Assembly (NCBI GenBank): GCA_963662315.1
Contig: OY759353.1
Location: 2,912,001-2,976,000 of the forward strand
Reading direction: 5' to 3'
DNA from: Geopsychrobacteraceae bacterium
GTDB taxonomy: Bacteria; Desulfobacterota; Desulfuromonadia; Desulfuromonadales; Geopsychrobacteraceae
DNA: 64,000 nucleotides
Numbering within the stretch: position 1 is the stretch's first letter; each line of letters starts with the position of its first letter. The notes beneath the pieces were generated by a model, which did not search any database, was not told the origin of the DNA, and saw nothing but the letters and a program-made list of their open reading frames with translations. The translations under genes and the position numbers were made by a program. Of this stretch, positions 40,917-51,310 are shown one piece after another.

Positions 40917-41819
40917 TCATACGGCTTCGCTTGCAAGGCTGTTGATCCGGCGAAGTTCGCGAATTAAAGCGCTATGGTCGAGCTCACCATCACCATGGTT
41001 GACTAGGTCATGAAACAGCTTGTCCGTCAACTCAAGCATGGGCAATTGCAGGCCAAGATCGCCCGCGAGGGCAAGTGCAGCTTCTGTGTCCTTGATTTGA
41101 TTAATTGCCGTCCCCCCGGGCGCAAAATCCCCGGTGATCATTCTCCTGCCGTGGAGATCCAAGATCCGTGAGTTGGCAAACCCGCCAAGGAGTGCTTCAC
41201 GAACGCGTTCCAGGTTGGCACCACCCTGCTCTGCCAGGAGCAGGGTTTCTGCCACGGCGACAATCGTACTGGCAACCGTGAGTTGGTTGGCCAGCTTGGT
41301 CAACTGGCCGGTACCGGTAGGTCCAATGTGAATCGGACGGCCAAGGGCCTCGAACAAAGGCCGGGCGGCCTCCACGTCGGAGGACTCGCCACCAATCATG
41401 ATGGACAGAGCCGCATTTTCAGCCCCTACCTGGCCACCTGAAACCGGCGCATCCAGATAGCGGACACCATATTTTTGAGCACAGCAGGCATGATCCTCGG
41501 CTGTTTTGACCGAGAGGGAACTCATAACGATCAGCAAGCTGCCGGGCCGCATCGACCGCACTGCTCCTGTTGGTTCTGAGAACAAAACTGCGTCGCAGAC
41601 AGGGCCCGTGTCTAACATGACAACAACGGCGTCTTTATCGGATACCGCCTCACTGGCTGAGTCGGCAATCTTGACACCATGCTCCGCCAGAAGAGCGAGC
41701 TTCTGCGTGTTCTTATCGAAAGCTGACACAGCGAAACCAGCAGTCGCTAAGTTTCTTGCCATCGGCCAGCCCATAATGCCCGTCCCGATAAAGCCAACAT
41801 TTTTTATCGTTTTGCTCAT
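40917..41819 (-). CDS. Beta-hydroxyacid dehydrogenase (GarR/MmsB family)
   Basis: GFIGTGIMGWPMA, DAPVSGG and KLANQ motifs. Confidence 0.9.
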   Translation of the reverse strand: MSKTIKNVGFIGTGIMGWPMARNLATAGFAVSAFDKNTQKLALLAEHGVKIADSASEAVSDKDAVVVMLDTGPVCDAVLFSEPTGAVRSMRPGSLLIVMSSLSVKTAEDHACCAQKYGVRYLDAPVSGGQVGAENAALSIMIGGESSDVEAARPLFEALGRPIHIGPTGTGQLTKLANQLTVASTIVAVAETLLLAEQGGANLERVREALLGGFANSRILDLHGRRMITGDFAPGGTAINQIKDTEAALALAGDLGLQLPMLELTDKLFHDLVNHGDGELDHSALIRELRRINSLASEAV

Positions 41820-41826
41820 GGTTTGT

Positions 41827-42165
41827 CTATGCTCCTTTTAGCGGGTGCATCCGGTTCAAAAATTTTACCGGTAGCTCGGCTTCGACAAGATCAGGAAAAG
41901 CGCCTTGGAAACGGATGAGGTGCGGAGTCTCCAGATGGGCATCGAATGCCGTCCGCGATTTATACACCTCGTAAAAGGTCACTACATTAGGACGGTCTGC
42001 ACTACATGAAACGTCGAATTGGAGACAGCCAGGCTCATCACTTACTGAGTGTGTCGCATCATCAATCGCTACCGTCAAAAAGGAGTCTAATGACTCCTCT
42101 TTGACGAGGAATTCAGCGATTACGACGAACTCGGATTTCTCAACAGAGGTTCCGATTTCAGTCAT
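41827..42165 (-). CDS. ABM/LsrG-like cofactor-free monooxygenase/isomerase
   Basis: EPGCLQFDV, FYEVY and AHLETPH motifs. Confidence 0.85.
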   Translation of the reverse strand: MTEIGTSVEKSEFVVIAEFLVKEESLDSFLTVAIDDATHSVSDEPGCLQFDVSCSADRPNVVTFYEVYKSRTAFDAHLETPHLIRFQGAFPDLVEAELPVKFLNRMHPLKGA

Positions 42166-42183
42166 TGTCAAACTCCCTTATGC

Positions 42184-43527
42184 TTATTTATTAAACATTT
42201 TTTGTGTATATTCTTTGCGGAAATTGACGACATCGAGATTATCAACCAACTCAACGTCCGAGAAGCTCACAATCTGATCGCGCGGCACAGGATTCTTCAA
42301 TTTTACATGGTGTGCCAGTCCGATCGGCAGAGCATCAATGGCCTGACTCCTTGTTGCAGGGATAGCCTTTGCCCAGACCGCGAAACCGCCCTCGCCATCC
42401 AACATGTCCCCAGCCTTCAAGTCAGACTTGGCAGTCGCTACGGCATCGGCGCGAAACTCTTTGGAGGATCCAGTAGGTTCACCGCGCAAGACGGCTGACA
42501 GCACGCTTACGCTTGTTTCCAAGCCGATCATGTGGAACGGCCGCCACATGGAGGCATACCAGCCCGACTTGTCGGTCAGAAGGCCATACTGCTTGAAGCA
42601 AGCTCGTGTGTACTCATCGGGTGCCTTGAAGGTAACAAACATGCCATAGCGGATGTTGTTCAGAACTTCACGGCCGTCCGGTTCCTGGCTGGCGGCAATG
42701 TCGATCAGCCCGGCGCGCGGCAAACGTCCGCCATCCGCTACCGGCTTAAAAACATTCGCCAAATCCTGTAGACCCGCAGGGTAGAATGCCAGACCATCAT
42801 CAGGGCAATCCAAGCCGGTGCCATTGGCTATTGCTGCCATTTCAATGGCCGCCTTCGTACCGTCAGTGAAGGAGTTGTACATTTGCGGGTTGAAATCGCC
42901 GGCTTTGACTTCTTCTTCGGTCCATCCGAAGAAGCCCCACACAGTGTCAGGCGTGGAGTAGCGATAGCGTGGCTCGAAGTTCATTCCCTTGCCAGTTGCA
43001 GTCAGCTCGAAGCCACATGATCGAACCCAGTCGATCAGCTCGCAACAAAATGCCGGCTGGTCCCCATAGGCCATTGAATAGACAAGACCCTTCTCACGAG
43101 CCTTCGCCGCTAACAAAGGACCACACATAACATCCGCTTCAACGTTTACCATAACAATATGCTTGTTATTTTCGATGGCGGCCAAAGCGTGACGAACACC
43201 GGCGATCGGATGTCCGGTTGCTTCAATCAAACATTCGATACCTTCAAACTCGGCGAGCGTCTTGGCGTCATCTAACACGCATGTTGTGCCTGAATCATAG
43301 GCCTCGGCCAAGGTTTTGGCTCCGTACTGTTCTGGCGACCAGCCGACACGATTAAGGGATTCCTTGGCCTTACTCACGTTTAGATCTGCGACACCGACAA
43401 TGTGGTAGCCTTCAATGTATTTAGCTTGGGCGAGCATCATGGAGCCGAATTTGCCGGCACCAATCACACCGACACGAACAGGCCCAGCTTCAGCATTCCG
43501 TTTTTTAAGCATTGTTGACAAGTTCAT
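42184..43527 (-). CDS. NAD-dependent oxidoreductase with C-terminal SAF domain (COG4091-like)
   Basis: IGAGKFG, VNVEAD, GDQP, DGTKAAIEM, LDGEGG and LPIGLA motifs. Confidence 0.85.
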   Translation of the reverse strand: MNLSTMLKKRNAEAGPVRVGVIGAGKFGSMMLAQAKYIEGYHIVGVADLNVSKAKESLNRVGWSPEQYGAKTLAEAYDSGTTCVLDDAKTLAEFEGIECLIEATGHPIAGVRHALAAIENNKHIVMVNVEADVMCGPLLAAKAREKGLVYSMAYGDQPAFCCELIDWVRSCGFELTATGKGMNFEPRYRYSTPDTVWGFFGWTEEEVKAGDFNPQMYNSFTDGTKAAIEMAAIANGTGLDCPDDGLAFYPAGLQDLANVFKPVADGGRLPRAGLIDIAASQEPDGREVLNNIRYGMFVTFKAPDEYTRACFKQYGLLTDKSGWYASMWRPFHMIGLETSVSVLSAVLRGEPTGSSKEFRADAVATAKSDLKAGDMLDGEGGFAVWAKAIPATRSQAIDALPIGLAHHVKLKNPVPRDQIVSFSDVELVDNLDVVNFRKEYTQKMFNK

Positions 43528-44271
43528 AATCAAAACTCCTTCTTTTGCAGCCTTGAAAAAGACTGCCACTAAAATTGACTGTTTTGGCTCCTAACTGCCA
43601 AGCACCAATCCAAAACCCTTTTTTTTCAAACTACTGTTCTGTCCATCCCTCCACATACACTTTATTCGCTCCTTAATCCCAGGCGATTCTTTCCATTGTC
43701 TTTAACTGGATTGAAAGGCGGTTTGTTTTTTTAAAATCTTATTGTCTGCATGAATATCACACTTATTTGCGAAGCTCTATTCACATTTTCTATTTGATTG
43801 TTTAGAAAATTTAAGCATTTTAGGCATACCTATCGGACCCGGCAATCCACATCTCCACACATAATTCATGCGGAATCTTGCTTCAGAAATATTTTTTTAT
43901 TATTTATTCTAGGTGTTTATGCTTATTTCTGGCAGGATGGCTTTCTAAATTAGTCCAATTCAGACCAATCCGATAACACCTATGAAAATTCAGTGAAGTT
44001 CTTGCTCATTGAAGGGGTTAACAATGACACTCGCACCACATCGTGCCACCAAAAGACATTACCAAAACAATATTATATATTCCTTGATCTTATTTTTATG
44101 GAGGCGGGCATCAAGAAAAAAGGGACCTGACGTGGTACCGTGTTATGGCAAAGATAAAAGAAAGGAAAAAATGCCGCCAAAGAATTATGCCTTTAACGTT
44201 TTCTATACATTTTTTGATAATAGAAATGAATTCACTCTCTTTTGAGGGTGTATTGAGTTGCCATGAGTGAG

Positions 44272-45180
44272 CTATATCCATAAACGATAGCGTTGGCTCG
44301 AACTGAACCATAACTCGGCCTGATGGGTTATCCAATCGAGAAAAAGCTTCACTTTAGCACGCCGGAGATGATGGTGTGGGCAAACGAGCCACTGGGTTCG
44401 CAAGACCATCGACGGAGCGTTAATGACAGGTGTAACCAATAGCCCCTCACGAAGTTCCCGTTCCATCATGAGCACACTCTCCAGTGCGATCCCCATACCT
44501 GCAACAGCTGCGTCGACAGACATGTAAGAACGGTCAAAGTAAATTTTTCTCTGGGTGTCCTCCAGGTGAAGGTCTTGGCGGGCCAGCCACATCTTCCATG
44601 TTAGCTGGGACTTAACGGAGTGAAGCAATCGTCGCCCGGTCACCTCTTCCGGCTTCATACTGAATGGGGCCGCAAAGGAGGGAGAACAAACCGGAATGAA
44701 GTGCTCTTCTGCCAGGGGCTGGACAAAGAGACCGGGCCAGTCACCGGTCCCATGCCGAATTTCGATATCAATATCGTCACGGGTAAAATCTGTTGCTTCG
44801 CTGGTACCATCCAATCGGATATCCAGCATCGGGTTGGCATCTATGAACTGCTGCAAACGCGGTAATAGCCACTTTGTCGAGACACTGGGAGTGGCACGAA
44901 TCGCCAGCTGAGAAGGGGTTTTCCCCCCTTTAACCTGATGAACAGATTCGGCAATGTGCTCAACGTCGCTGGCGATCATCTGGTAAAATCGCTCCCCCCC
45001 CTCGGTCAAGCTAATTCCCCTGCCCTTTTTCATCACCAGGGTCATGCCCAGTTGCGTTTCAAGGACTCGAATCTGTTGAGTTACAGCTGAAGCGGTTACT
45101 CCCAGTTCGTCAGCCGCTCGCGCAACGCTTTGGTATCTGGCGAGAAAGTAGAAGACACTTATTTGTCGAAATGGCATCAT
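44272..45180 (-). CDS. LysR regulator (GcvA-like)
   Basis: AADELGVTASAVTQQIRVLE; WLLPRL. Confidence 0.92.
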   Translation of the reverse strand: MMPFRQISVFYFLARYQSVARAADELGVTASAVTQQIRVLETQLGMTLVMKKGRGISLTEGGERFYQMIASDVEHIAESVHQVKGGKTPSQLAIRATPSVSTKWLLPRLQQFIDANPMLDIRLDGTSEATDFTRDDIDIEIRHGTGDWPGLFVQPLAEEHFIPVCSPSFAAPFSMKPEEVTGRRLLHSVKSQLTWKMWLARQDLHLEDTQRKIYFDRSYMSVDAAVAGMGIALESVLMMERELREGLLVTPVINAPSMVLRTQWLVCPHHHLRRAKVKLFLDWITHQAELWFSSSQRYRLWI

Positions 45181-45528
45181 CTCCAGAATTCCATCATGTT
45201 CAGTATCCTTAATCGCCGATCCAGCCGGAATATCCCCAACCGCATTCTCCTGGATTCCGTTTTCATTCGAATCTCTAGGGGTTTTCTGCTGCAGCTATTT
45301 CGGTCCGGAACAACTGTCCAACAGCCCTTTTCCTGACGCGAAAATTATTTAGACTGTGCTGCCAAAACTGAAAATATTGTGATTATTTATCGTTACAATA
45401 TTGCCACCCCCATTTGATGCGGAAACCTCTCCCCAAATGGGGGCGTGACACAGTGAATTTCGATCTTAGCATCAAGGAAATAAATGTTTCTATCCTATTT
45501 ACCTAAAAAAACATACTTAGCACGACAC

Positions 45529-46431
45529 TCACAAGTGCAGAGCAAAATCTTCTTTCTGCTTGTACTCCCGACTCAGATCATCAACCAGTTCCAGCATCAG
45601 GTCACGCCGCACAGAGGATTTTCGCCAATAAAGACCGATAGTCCTGGTCGGTCCGCCCCCTTTAAGCCGCACATAATGCAGCTGCGGATTTTTTTGCGCG
45701 ACGCATTGTGGGATCAGTGAGATAGCCCTCTGCATACTGATCATCTGCAGCAGGGTTTCCATGGAACTGGCGCGAAAGTTGAGGACTTCGCCGATACCGC
45801 TGCGTGAACAATAATCGAGAGCCTGGCCACGCAGACAGTGGCCATCTTCCAGTAAGAGTAATTGTTCTGATGCCAATTCATTAGAAGTGATCTCCTCGCG
45901 TTCAGCCCAGGCATGACGTTTGGAAACCCCGACATAAAATTCTTCGGCGAAAATTTCACCATACTCAAGATCGTCTTCATAAACCGGCAAAGCCAAAAAT
46001 GCGGCGTCCAGTTGTCCGGATAGCAAGCGCTGCACCAGAATCCCGGTTTTTTCCTCAATCAAATTAATCTGCAACTGCGGATAGCTATCGACCAGATGAT
46101 CTATGATGTGGGGGAAGAAGTAAGGAGCCAGGGTCGGAAAAGCGCCCAGAGACAAGGGACCTGCATAGGGGTTATGCCAGTTGCGGGCGAGAGCCTCAAT
46201 CTCCTCGACCTGCTGCAACACTTTCCGGGCTCGGGCCACAACCTCTTTGCCGCAGGGAGTAAAGAAAAAGCCCTTGGAACTGCGCTCGAGAAGAACCACC
46301 CCCAGCTCGTCCTCGACTTTTTTAATCTGAATACTTAAGGCCGGCTGACTGACACAGCACTCTTCTGCAGCCAGGCGGAAACTGCCATGCTTTTCAAGAG
46401 CAACCAGATATTTGAATGTCTGTAGATTCAT
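45529..46431 (-). CDS. oxyR: H2O2 sensor OxyR
   Basis: LysR HTH; EDGHCLRGQALDYC; divergent from ahpC. Confidence 0.93.
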   Translation of the reverse strand: MNLQTFKYLVALEKHGSFRLAAEECCVSQPALSIQIKKVEDELGVVLLERSSKGFFFTPCGKEVVARARKVLQQVEEIEALARNWHNPYAGPLSLGAFPTLAPYFFPHIIDHLVDSYPQLQINLIEEKTGILVQRLLSGQLDAAFLALPVYEDDLEYGEIFAEEFYVGVSKRHAWAEREEITSNELASEQLLLLEDGHCLRGQALDYCSRSGIGEVLNFRASSMETLLQMISMQRAISLIPQCVAQKNPQLHYVRLKGGGPTRTIGLYWRKSSVRRDLMLELVDDLSREYKQKEDFALHL

Positions 46432-46577
46432 GCTGTCTTTTTATCATAAACAAAATTTATCGATCCAGTAAAATCAATAAATTTTACAAAAAATATCCAC
46501 TCAGGCATTGTTGCAACGTATTCAACACAGAGAACCAATACAAATCGTGAATTAACTTAACAAGGAGGACAAATCCA

Positions 46578-47144
46578 ATGCAAACCATCATCAATTCCCA
46601 GCTTCCCGAGTTTAAAGTTCAGGCGTTCCAAAATGACGAATTCATTTCTGTGTCCAATGAAGACCTGAAAGACAAGTGGTCCATCCTGTTCTTTTACCCG
46701 GCTGACTTTACTTTTGTCTGCCCGACGGAACTTGGTGATATTGCCGATAAATATGAAGAACTTAAAGACATCAATTGCGAAGTCTATTCAGTAAGCACCG
46801 ATACCCATTTCGTCCATAAAGCCTGGTGGGATACCTCTGAAACGATCAAGAAGATCAAATTCCCAATGCTGGCTGACCCAACTGGTGCTCTGTCCCGCGC
46901 CCTCGGTACCTACATTGAGGAAGAAGGTCTCGCCTACCGTGCGACTTTTATCGTCAACCCAGAAGGTGTCATCAAGGTTGCAGAATACAGCGACAATTCA
47001 GTTGGCCGTAATGCTGAGGAGATTGTCCGTAAGGTGCAGGCATCGCAATTTGTCGCTGAAAACGAAGGTGAGGTTTGCCCAGCCAAATGGAAACCAGGTG
47101 CAGAGACTCTGAAGCCAGGTCTATCTCTGGTCGGCAAAATCTAG
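46578..47144 (+). CDS. ahpC: Alkyl hydroperoxide reductase C
   Basis: FTFVCPTE and GEVCPAKW motifs. Confidence 0.97.
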   Translation: MQTIINSQLPEFKVQAFQNDEFISVSNEDLKDKWSILFFYPADFTFVCPTELGDIADKYEELKDINCEVYSVSTDTHFVHKAWWDTSETIKKIKFPMLADPTGALSRALGTYIEEEGLAYRATFIVNPEGVIKVAEYSDNSVGRNAEEIVRKVQASQFVAENEGEVCPAKWKPGAETLKPGLSLVGKI

Positions 47145-47268
47145 TCACTCCAGAGAGTGACTAGTGAGGTCTGGAATCCCTTTTCCAGGGACGCATGAAC
47201 CCATCCGTGGGGCTTAACTATCGCCGTCCGGGCGATAGACACCCTTACAAAGGAATCCCAGACCTCAC
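47141..47268. repeat. Hairpin plus REP/MITE-like palindromic element
   Basis: ctagtcactc/gagtgactag stem; terminal IR gtgaggtctgg(47164)/ccagacctcac(47268) with internal hairpins. Confidence 0.6.
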
Positions 47269-47357
47269 CCCGACATTTGGGAAGAATAACTAAATTTCAA
47301 TCCCGGGTGCTTCGGCACCCGGACTGCCTGATTAAATGTTTTTACAAGGGGAATATC

Positions 47358-48914
47358 ATGTTGGACCAAGCAACTTTGGATCAGTTGAAAGAGGTCTTTG
47401 GGGGCCTTTCTGCAAGTTATCGGTTTGTTACCCAGGTGGCAAATCATCCAGCCCAGGCTGAGTTGCTTGAGATGCTGAATGATGTTGCCTCAACTTCGAA
47501 CCAAATCAGTGTTGCCGAACAGCCGGTAGAAGGTCTGAAATTTCAGATTAAAAAGGATGAGGCCCTGGTACCGATCACCTTTCGAGGCATTCCCGGCGGA
47601 CATGAATTTACGACTTTAATCCTGGCACTGCTGAATGCCGATGGCAAAGGCAAGTGGCCGGATGAAACTATACAAAACAGAGTTAAAGCACTCAAGGGAC
47701 CGATTCGGCTGACCAGTTATGTCTCGACCAGCTGCGTCAACTGTCCCGACGTGGTGCAGGCTCTCAATCAAATGGCCCTTATGCATGCTGACTTTCACCA
47801 TGAAATTGTTGAAGGAACCCACTTTCAGGATGAAATCAGCAACAGAGGCATTCAGGGTGTTCCGGCGGTATTTGCTGACGACGAGCGTCTTTCCGTCGGC
47901 AAGGCGAGTCTGACCGAACTTCTGGAAAAACTGGAAGAGCTTTATGGCCACGGCGAAGTTACTGCCAGTAGCGAGGTTAAAGATTACGATGTTGTCGTTA
48001 TTGGCGGCGGCCCTGGCGGTGCTGCCGCAGCTATTTATACCGCGCGTAAAGGTCTGAAAACAGCGATTGTCGCTGAAAAAATCGGTGGCCAGGTCAATGA
48101 AACCAAGGGGATCGAAAACCTGATTTCAATTCCCTATACCGAGGGCCCCCAGTTAGCGGCCAACCTGTTCAGTCACCTGGATGAATATCCCATTGATATT
48201 CTTGAGCACCGGCGCGTTGAAGAGATTCAGAACGGTCCGCGTAAATACCTGCATATGAAGGGTGGCGAGGTGATTACCACCGGAGCGCTGATTATTTCCA
48301 CAGGTGCCAAGTGGCGCCAGCTTAACATCCCCGGTGAAAAAACCAATATCGGCCGTGGGGTAGCTTTCTGCCCTCACTGTGACGGCCCCTTTTACAAGGA
48401 CAAGCCTGTTGCGGTCATCGGTGGCGGAAACTCCGGGGTTGAGGCTGCTATCGACCTGGCAGGAATCTGTTCCCACGTAACAGTGGTTGAGTATGCCCAT
48501 AAGCTCAACGCTGATGATGTTTTGATCAAAAAGCTCAACTCCCTGAAAAATACCAGGGTTATTACCGGCACTGCCGCCGGACGCATCATTGATAATGATG
48601 CGAAGGTGACCGGCCTTGAACTCATGACCCGAGAGACCGATGCCATAGAGATCGTCAATGTCGACGGTGTCTTTGTTCAGATCGGCCTTGACCCGAATAG
48701 TGCACCATTCGCGGACCTTGTCGAGTTGAACCAACGTGGCGAAATCATTGTCGATGCTCACTGCCGCACAGCAATCACCGGCATATACGCTGCAGGTGAT
48801 GTTACTGATGTACCGTATAAACAGATCATTATCGCCATGGGCGAAGGTGCTAAAGCAGGCTTAAGCGCCTTCGAAGATTTCGCCCGCGGCAACATTGAAA
48901 CACTGGCACAATAA
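47358..48914 (+). CDS. ahpF: Alkyl hydroperoxide reductase F
   Basis: CVNCPD, CPHCDGP and GGGNSG motifs. Confidence 0.96.
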   Translation: MLDQATLDQLKEVFGGLSASYRFVTQVANHPAQAELLEMLNDVASTSNQISVAEQPVEGLKFQIKKDEALVPITFRGIPGGHEFTTLILALLNADGKGKWPDETIQNRVKALKGPIRLTSYVSTSCVNCPDVVQALNQMALMHADFHHEIVEGTHFQDEISNRGIQGVPAVFADDERLSVGKASLTELLEKLEELYGHGEVTASSEVKDYDVVVIGGGPGGAAAAIYTARKGLKTAIVAEKIGGQVNETKGIENLISIPYTEGPQLAANLFSHLDEYPIDILEHRRVEEIQNGPRKYLHMKGGEVITTGALIISTGAKWRQLNIPGEKTNIGRGVAFCPHCDGPFYKDKPVAVIGGGNSGVEAAIDLAGICSHVTVVEYAHKLNADDVLIKKLNSLKNTRVITGTAAGRIIDNDAKVTGLELMTRETDAIEIVNVDGVFVQIGLDPNSAPFADLVELNQRGEIIVDAHCRTAITGIYAAGDVTDVPYKQIIIAMGEGAKAGLSAFEDFARGNIETLAQ

Positions 48915-48939
48915 GAGAAGCTTAATTTTCTTACCTCCT

Positions 48940-48977
48940 AAAAAAATCCCCAGGCATCAGTGTCAGGGGATTTTTTT
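48940..48977. terminator. Bidirectional terminator
   Basis: aaaaaatcccc...ggggattttttt between convergent genes. Confidence 0.7.
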
Positions 48978-48978
48978 A

Positions 48979-49569
48979 TCACGCTCTCTTCTGCCGCTCT
49001 TCTTCACGGATACGTGCTGCCTTAATATCTGCGACCCGCTTCTTCTTCCGCTCTTCAGCAGCAGCATAACGCTCTTTCTGAAGTTCTGTCTCGCAGATCA
49101 ACGGCGGTATCTGTCGCGGCTTTTGATCCTGATCGAGAGATACAAAGGTCAAATAAGCAGTGGCTGTATGACGAACCTCACCAGTCAGAACATCTTCGGC
49201 TTCAACCCGGGCTCCAATCTCCATGGAACTCGTACCAACATAGTTGATGCTGGCGCGAATGCGCAGAATGTTGCCGATATAAACCGGTGAATGAAAGTCG
49301 AGGCGATCCAGCGAGGCCGTAACCGCATTACCTCCGGTATGGCGCATAGCCACCATGGCTGCCGTATTATCGACCAGCTTCATGATGCAACCACCGTGAA
49401 CATTCCCGGCCAGGTTGGCATCATTATCCATCATTTGCTGGGCAATGGTGATGCTGCTGGCGGAAACGGTCTTCGGCTTCATATTGTGCTCTATATAATT
49501 ATCGATCGGGCGAATTTGCTTACCATTCAGATTTTTTACTGAATTCATATTTGGCCTCCTTAGCAGCAC
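48979..49569 (-). CDS. Acyl-CoA thioesterase (hotdog, YciA-like)
   Basis: DANLAGNVHGG, VGTSSMEI and YLTFV motifs. Confidence 0.9.
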   Translation of the reverse strand: MLLRRPNMNSVKNLNGKQIRPIDNYIEHNMKPKTVSASSITIAQQMMDNDANLAGNVHGGCIMKLVDNTAAMVAMRHTGGNAVTASLDRLDFHSPVYIGNILRIRASINYVGTSSMEIGARVEAEDVLTGEVRHTATAYLTFVSLDQDQKPRQIPPLICETELQKERYAAAEERKKKRVADIKAARIREEERQKRA

Positions 49570-49730
49570 AGGACAATTTCCTGCCAGTAAAGATACTACC
49601 TCTCTTGAACAGGATTACACCTCATAAATTATTAACCATGATAGCCTCCCACCCACTATTTTATAATGTTATTTGCTTTTGCTGACCAAGTTCTTAATAA
49701 TACAGCAACAACTGAGTTCAAGGAGCACTA

Positions 49731-51308
49731 ATGGGCCTTAAAGGTATGTTTCAAAAAATTTCCCAGACCCCGACTAACCCTCACCAGGATAATATTAAAC
49801 GATCATTTGATGTAGCCGATCTATTGTCCGGTCCGGTTTCCGTAACACGCCCGGAAAGTGCGGATATCAGTCTCGATGAAAAATTGCGTCAGGCCTATTT
49901 CTGGATTGTTAATTACGCCATTATCAGCCCCCACTACGATATTGAATATAACGAAACTCCAGCACCGTCATTTCCCATCGGTGATAGCCACAGCCCCCTT
50001 AACCTGCCCAGCGGTCAGAGTTACTCAAGCTTTGTTCTGCTGCCGCTACTCACTTTTGCCACGCGCCGAAAGTGTCTACTGATCGGAGGTCCAGGACGAG
50101 GGAAAACGGCGAGTGCCATCCTTATGGGGATTCTCGCCGGCTATCCCTTGCGTGATGTCAGACGCGCCATGCAGCACGGTCATCCCCAGATGACCATTGC
50201 CGACCTGTTAGGCAACCCACTTCCAGCTGACTTGGTCAACGCTCAGAGCCTGGAAGATGTCCGTATTTCCTGGCGTAAATGGCTGGGGATGCGGGTCAAA
50301 ATCATCGATGAATATAACCGTATTCCGACCCGCACCCAAAGCGCGCTGCTGACCGTTATGGGTGACAATTACGCCGAAGTGCTCAATCATATCTATGAGT
50401 GTCCAGAATCAGCTTGGTTTCTGACTGCAAATGATGATCAGGGGGGCGGCACCTATCAGGTTATCGAGGCCCTGCGTGACCGCATTGATATTGTCGTTCA
50501 AGCGCTGTCTTTTAATCCGCGCTTTTTAGAGGACCTGCTCTACCGCATAGAAAATAATCTACAACCAGAAGAAAGCCTGCCGTCACAACTGATCTTCAAT
50601 GAAGAACAAATCGACCAGATTCAGGATGAAATCCGCGCCGTAGAACTGCCTCGTCTGATCCGTAAGCGAATTGAATTTTTTTCCAGCCAGTTTGAATTCA
50701 GTGAGATGGCGGCCGCTCAATTCGAGTATAAAACCAAGGATACGGCACGCCTGTCCGGGACAGAGAAACATATTCTCACCGCCCTTGATAACGGCCGTGA
50801 CCGCCTTAAAGATTTGGGCTGCCAAACCCTTAATGGTCTTTCAGTGCGGATTCTGACCACCCTGATCCATTATGTGAAAGCCCTCGCCTATTTTCGTGGC
50901 AACCGGATCATTGACCTGGAAGACGTGCGCCAGATACTCCCTTTTGTCTTGCATGAAAAACTTAACCCGGATACAGATGCGCCATTTTTTGAGGAACCGG
51001 GCAAAGGCCTGTACCGCAGTGACCGAATCAGCTGGTTGCGCCAGCTGTTTGATAGCAGCTGTGCAGAATATGAGCGCCTTGATCGTGACCATGATGATCC
51101 AGTGGAAGATATCTCCAACGAATTCCAACAGGGGCTCGATGGTCTTAATAAAAAAGAAGTCCTACTCCGCCTTACCCGAATTGAAAAACTGATAGCTCAG
51201 TGGAGTAACGGACGAAAACTATACGGACATATTTACGACGATCTTCTCAAACTGAAATATTATCATCAGCGCTATACAAACTACCTGCGCTGGCTTCAGG
51301 CCAAATAA
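49731..51308 (+). CDS. MoxR-type AAA+ ATPase with N- and C-terminal extensions
   Basis: GGPGRGKT, IIDEYNR..TRTQSALL, LTAN and ALRDRI motifs. Confidence 0.88.
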   Translation: MGLKGMFQKISQTPTNPHQDNIKRSFDVADLLSGPVSVTRPESADISLDEKLRQAYFWIVNYAIISPHYDIEYNETPAPSFPIGDSHSPLNLPSGQSYSSFVLLPLLTFATRRKCLLIGGPGRGKTASAILMGILAGYPLRDVRRAMQHGHPQMTIADLLGNPLPADLVNAQSLEDVRISWRKWLGMRVKIIDEYNRIPTRTQSALLTVMGDNYAEVLNHIYECPESAWFLTANDDQGGGTYQVIEALRDRIDIVVQALSFNPRFLEDLLYRIENNLQPEESLPSQLIFNEEQIDQIQDEIRAVELPRLIRKRIEFFSSQFEFSEMAAAQFEYKTKDTARLSGTEKHILTALDNGRDRLKDLGCQTLNGLSVRILTTLIHYVKALAYFRGNRIIDLEDVRQILPFVLHEKLNPDTDAPFFEEPGKGLYRSDRISWLRQLFDSSCAEYERLDRDHDDPVEDISNEFQQGLDGLNKKEVLLRLTRIEKLIAQWSNGRKLYGHIYDDLLKLKYYHQRYTNYLRWLQAK

Positions 51309-51310
51309 GC

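Noticed and set aside
42184..43527. flgA or housekeeping homoserine dehydrogenase
   Set aside because: SAF-domain similarity only; the context is catabolic.
43570..44270. ncRNA or riboswitch in the long AT-rich intergenic region (also 34740-35290)
   Set aside because: No recognisable conserved structure or motif; likely promoter or spacer DNA.
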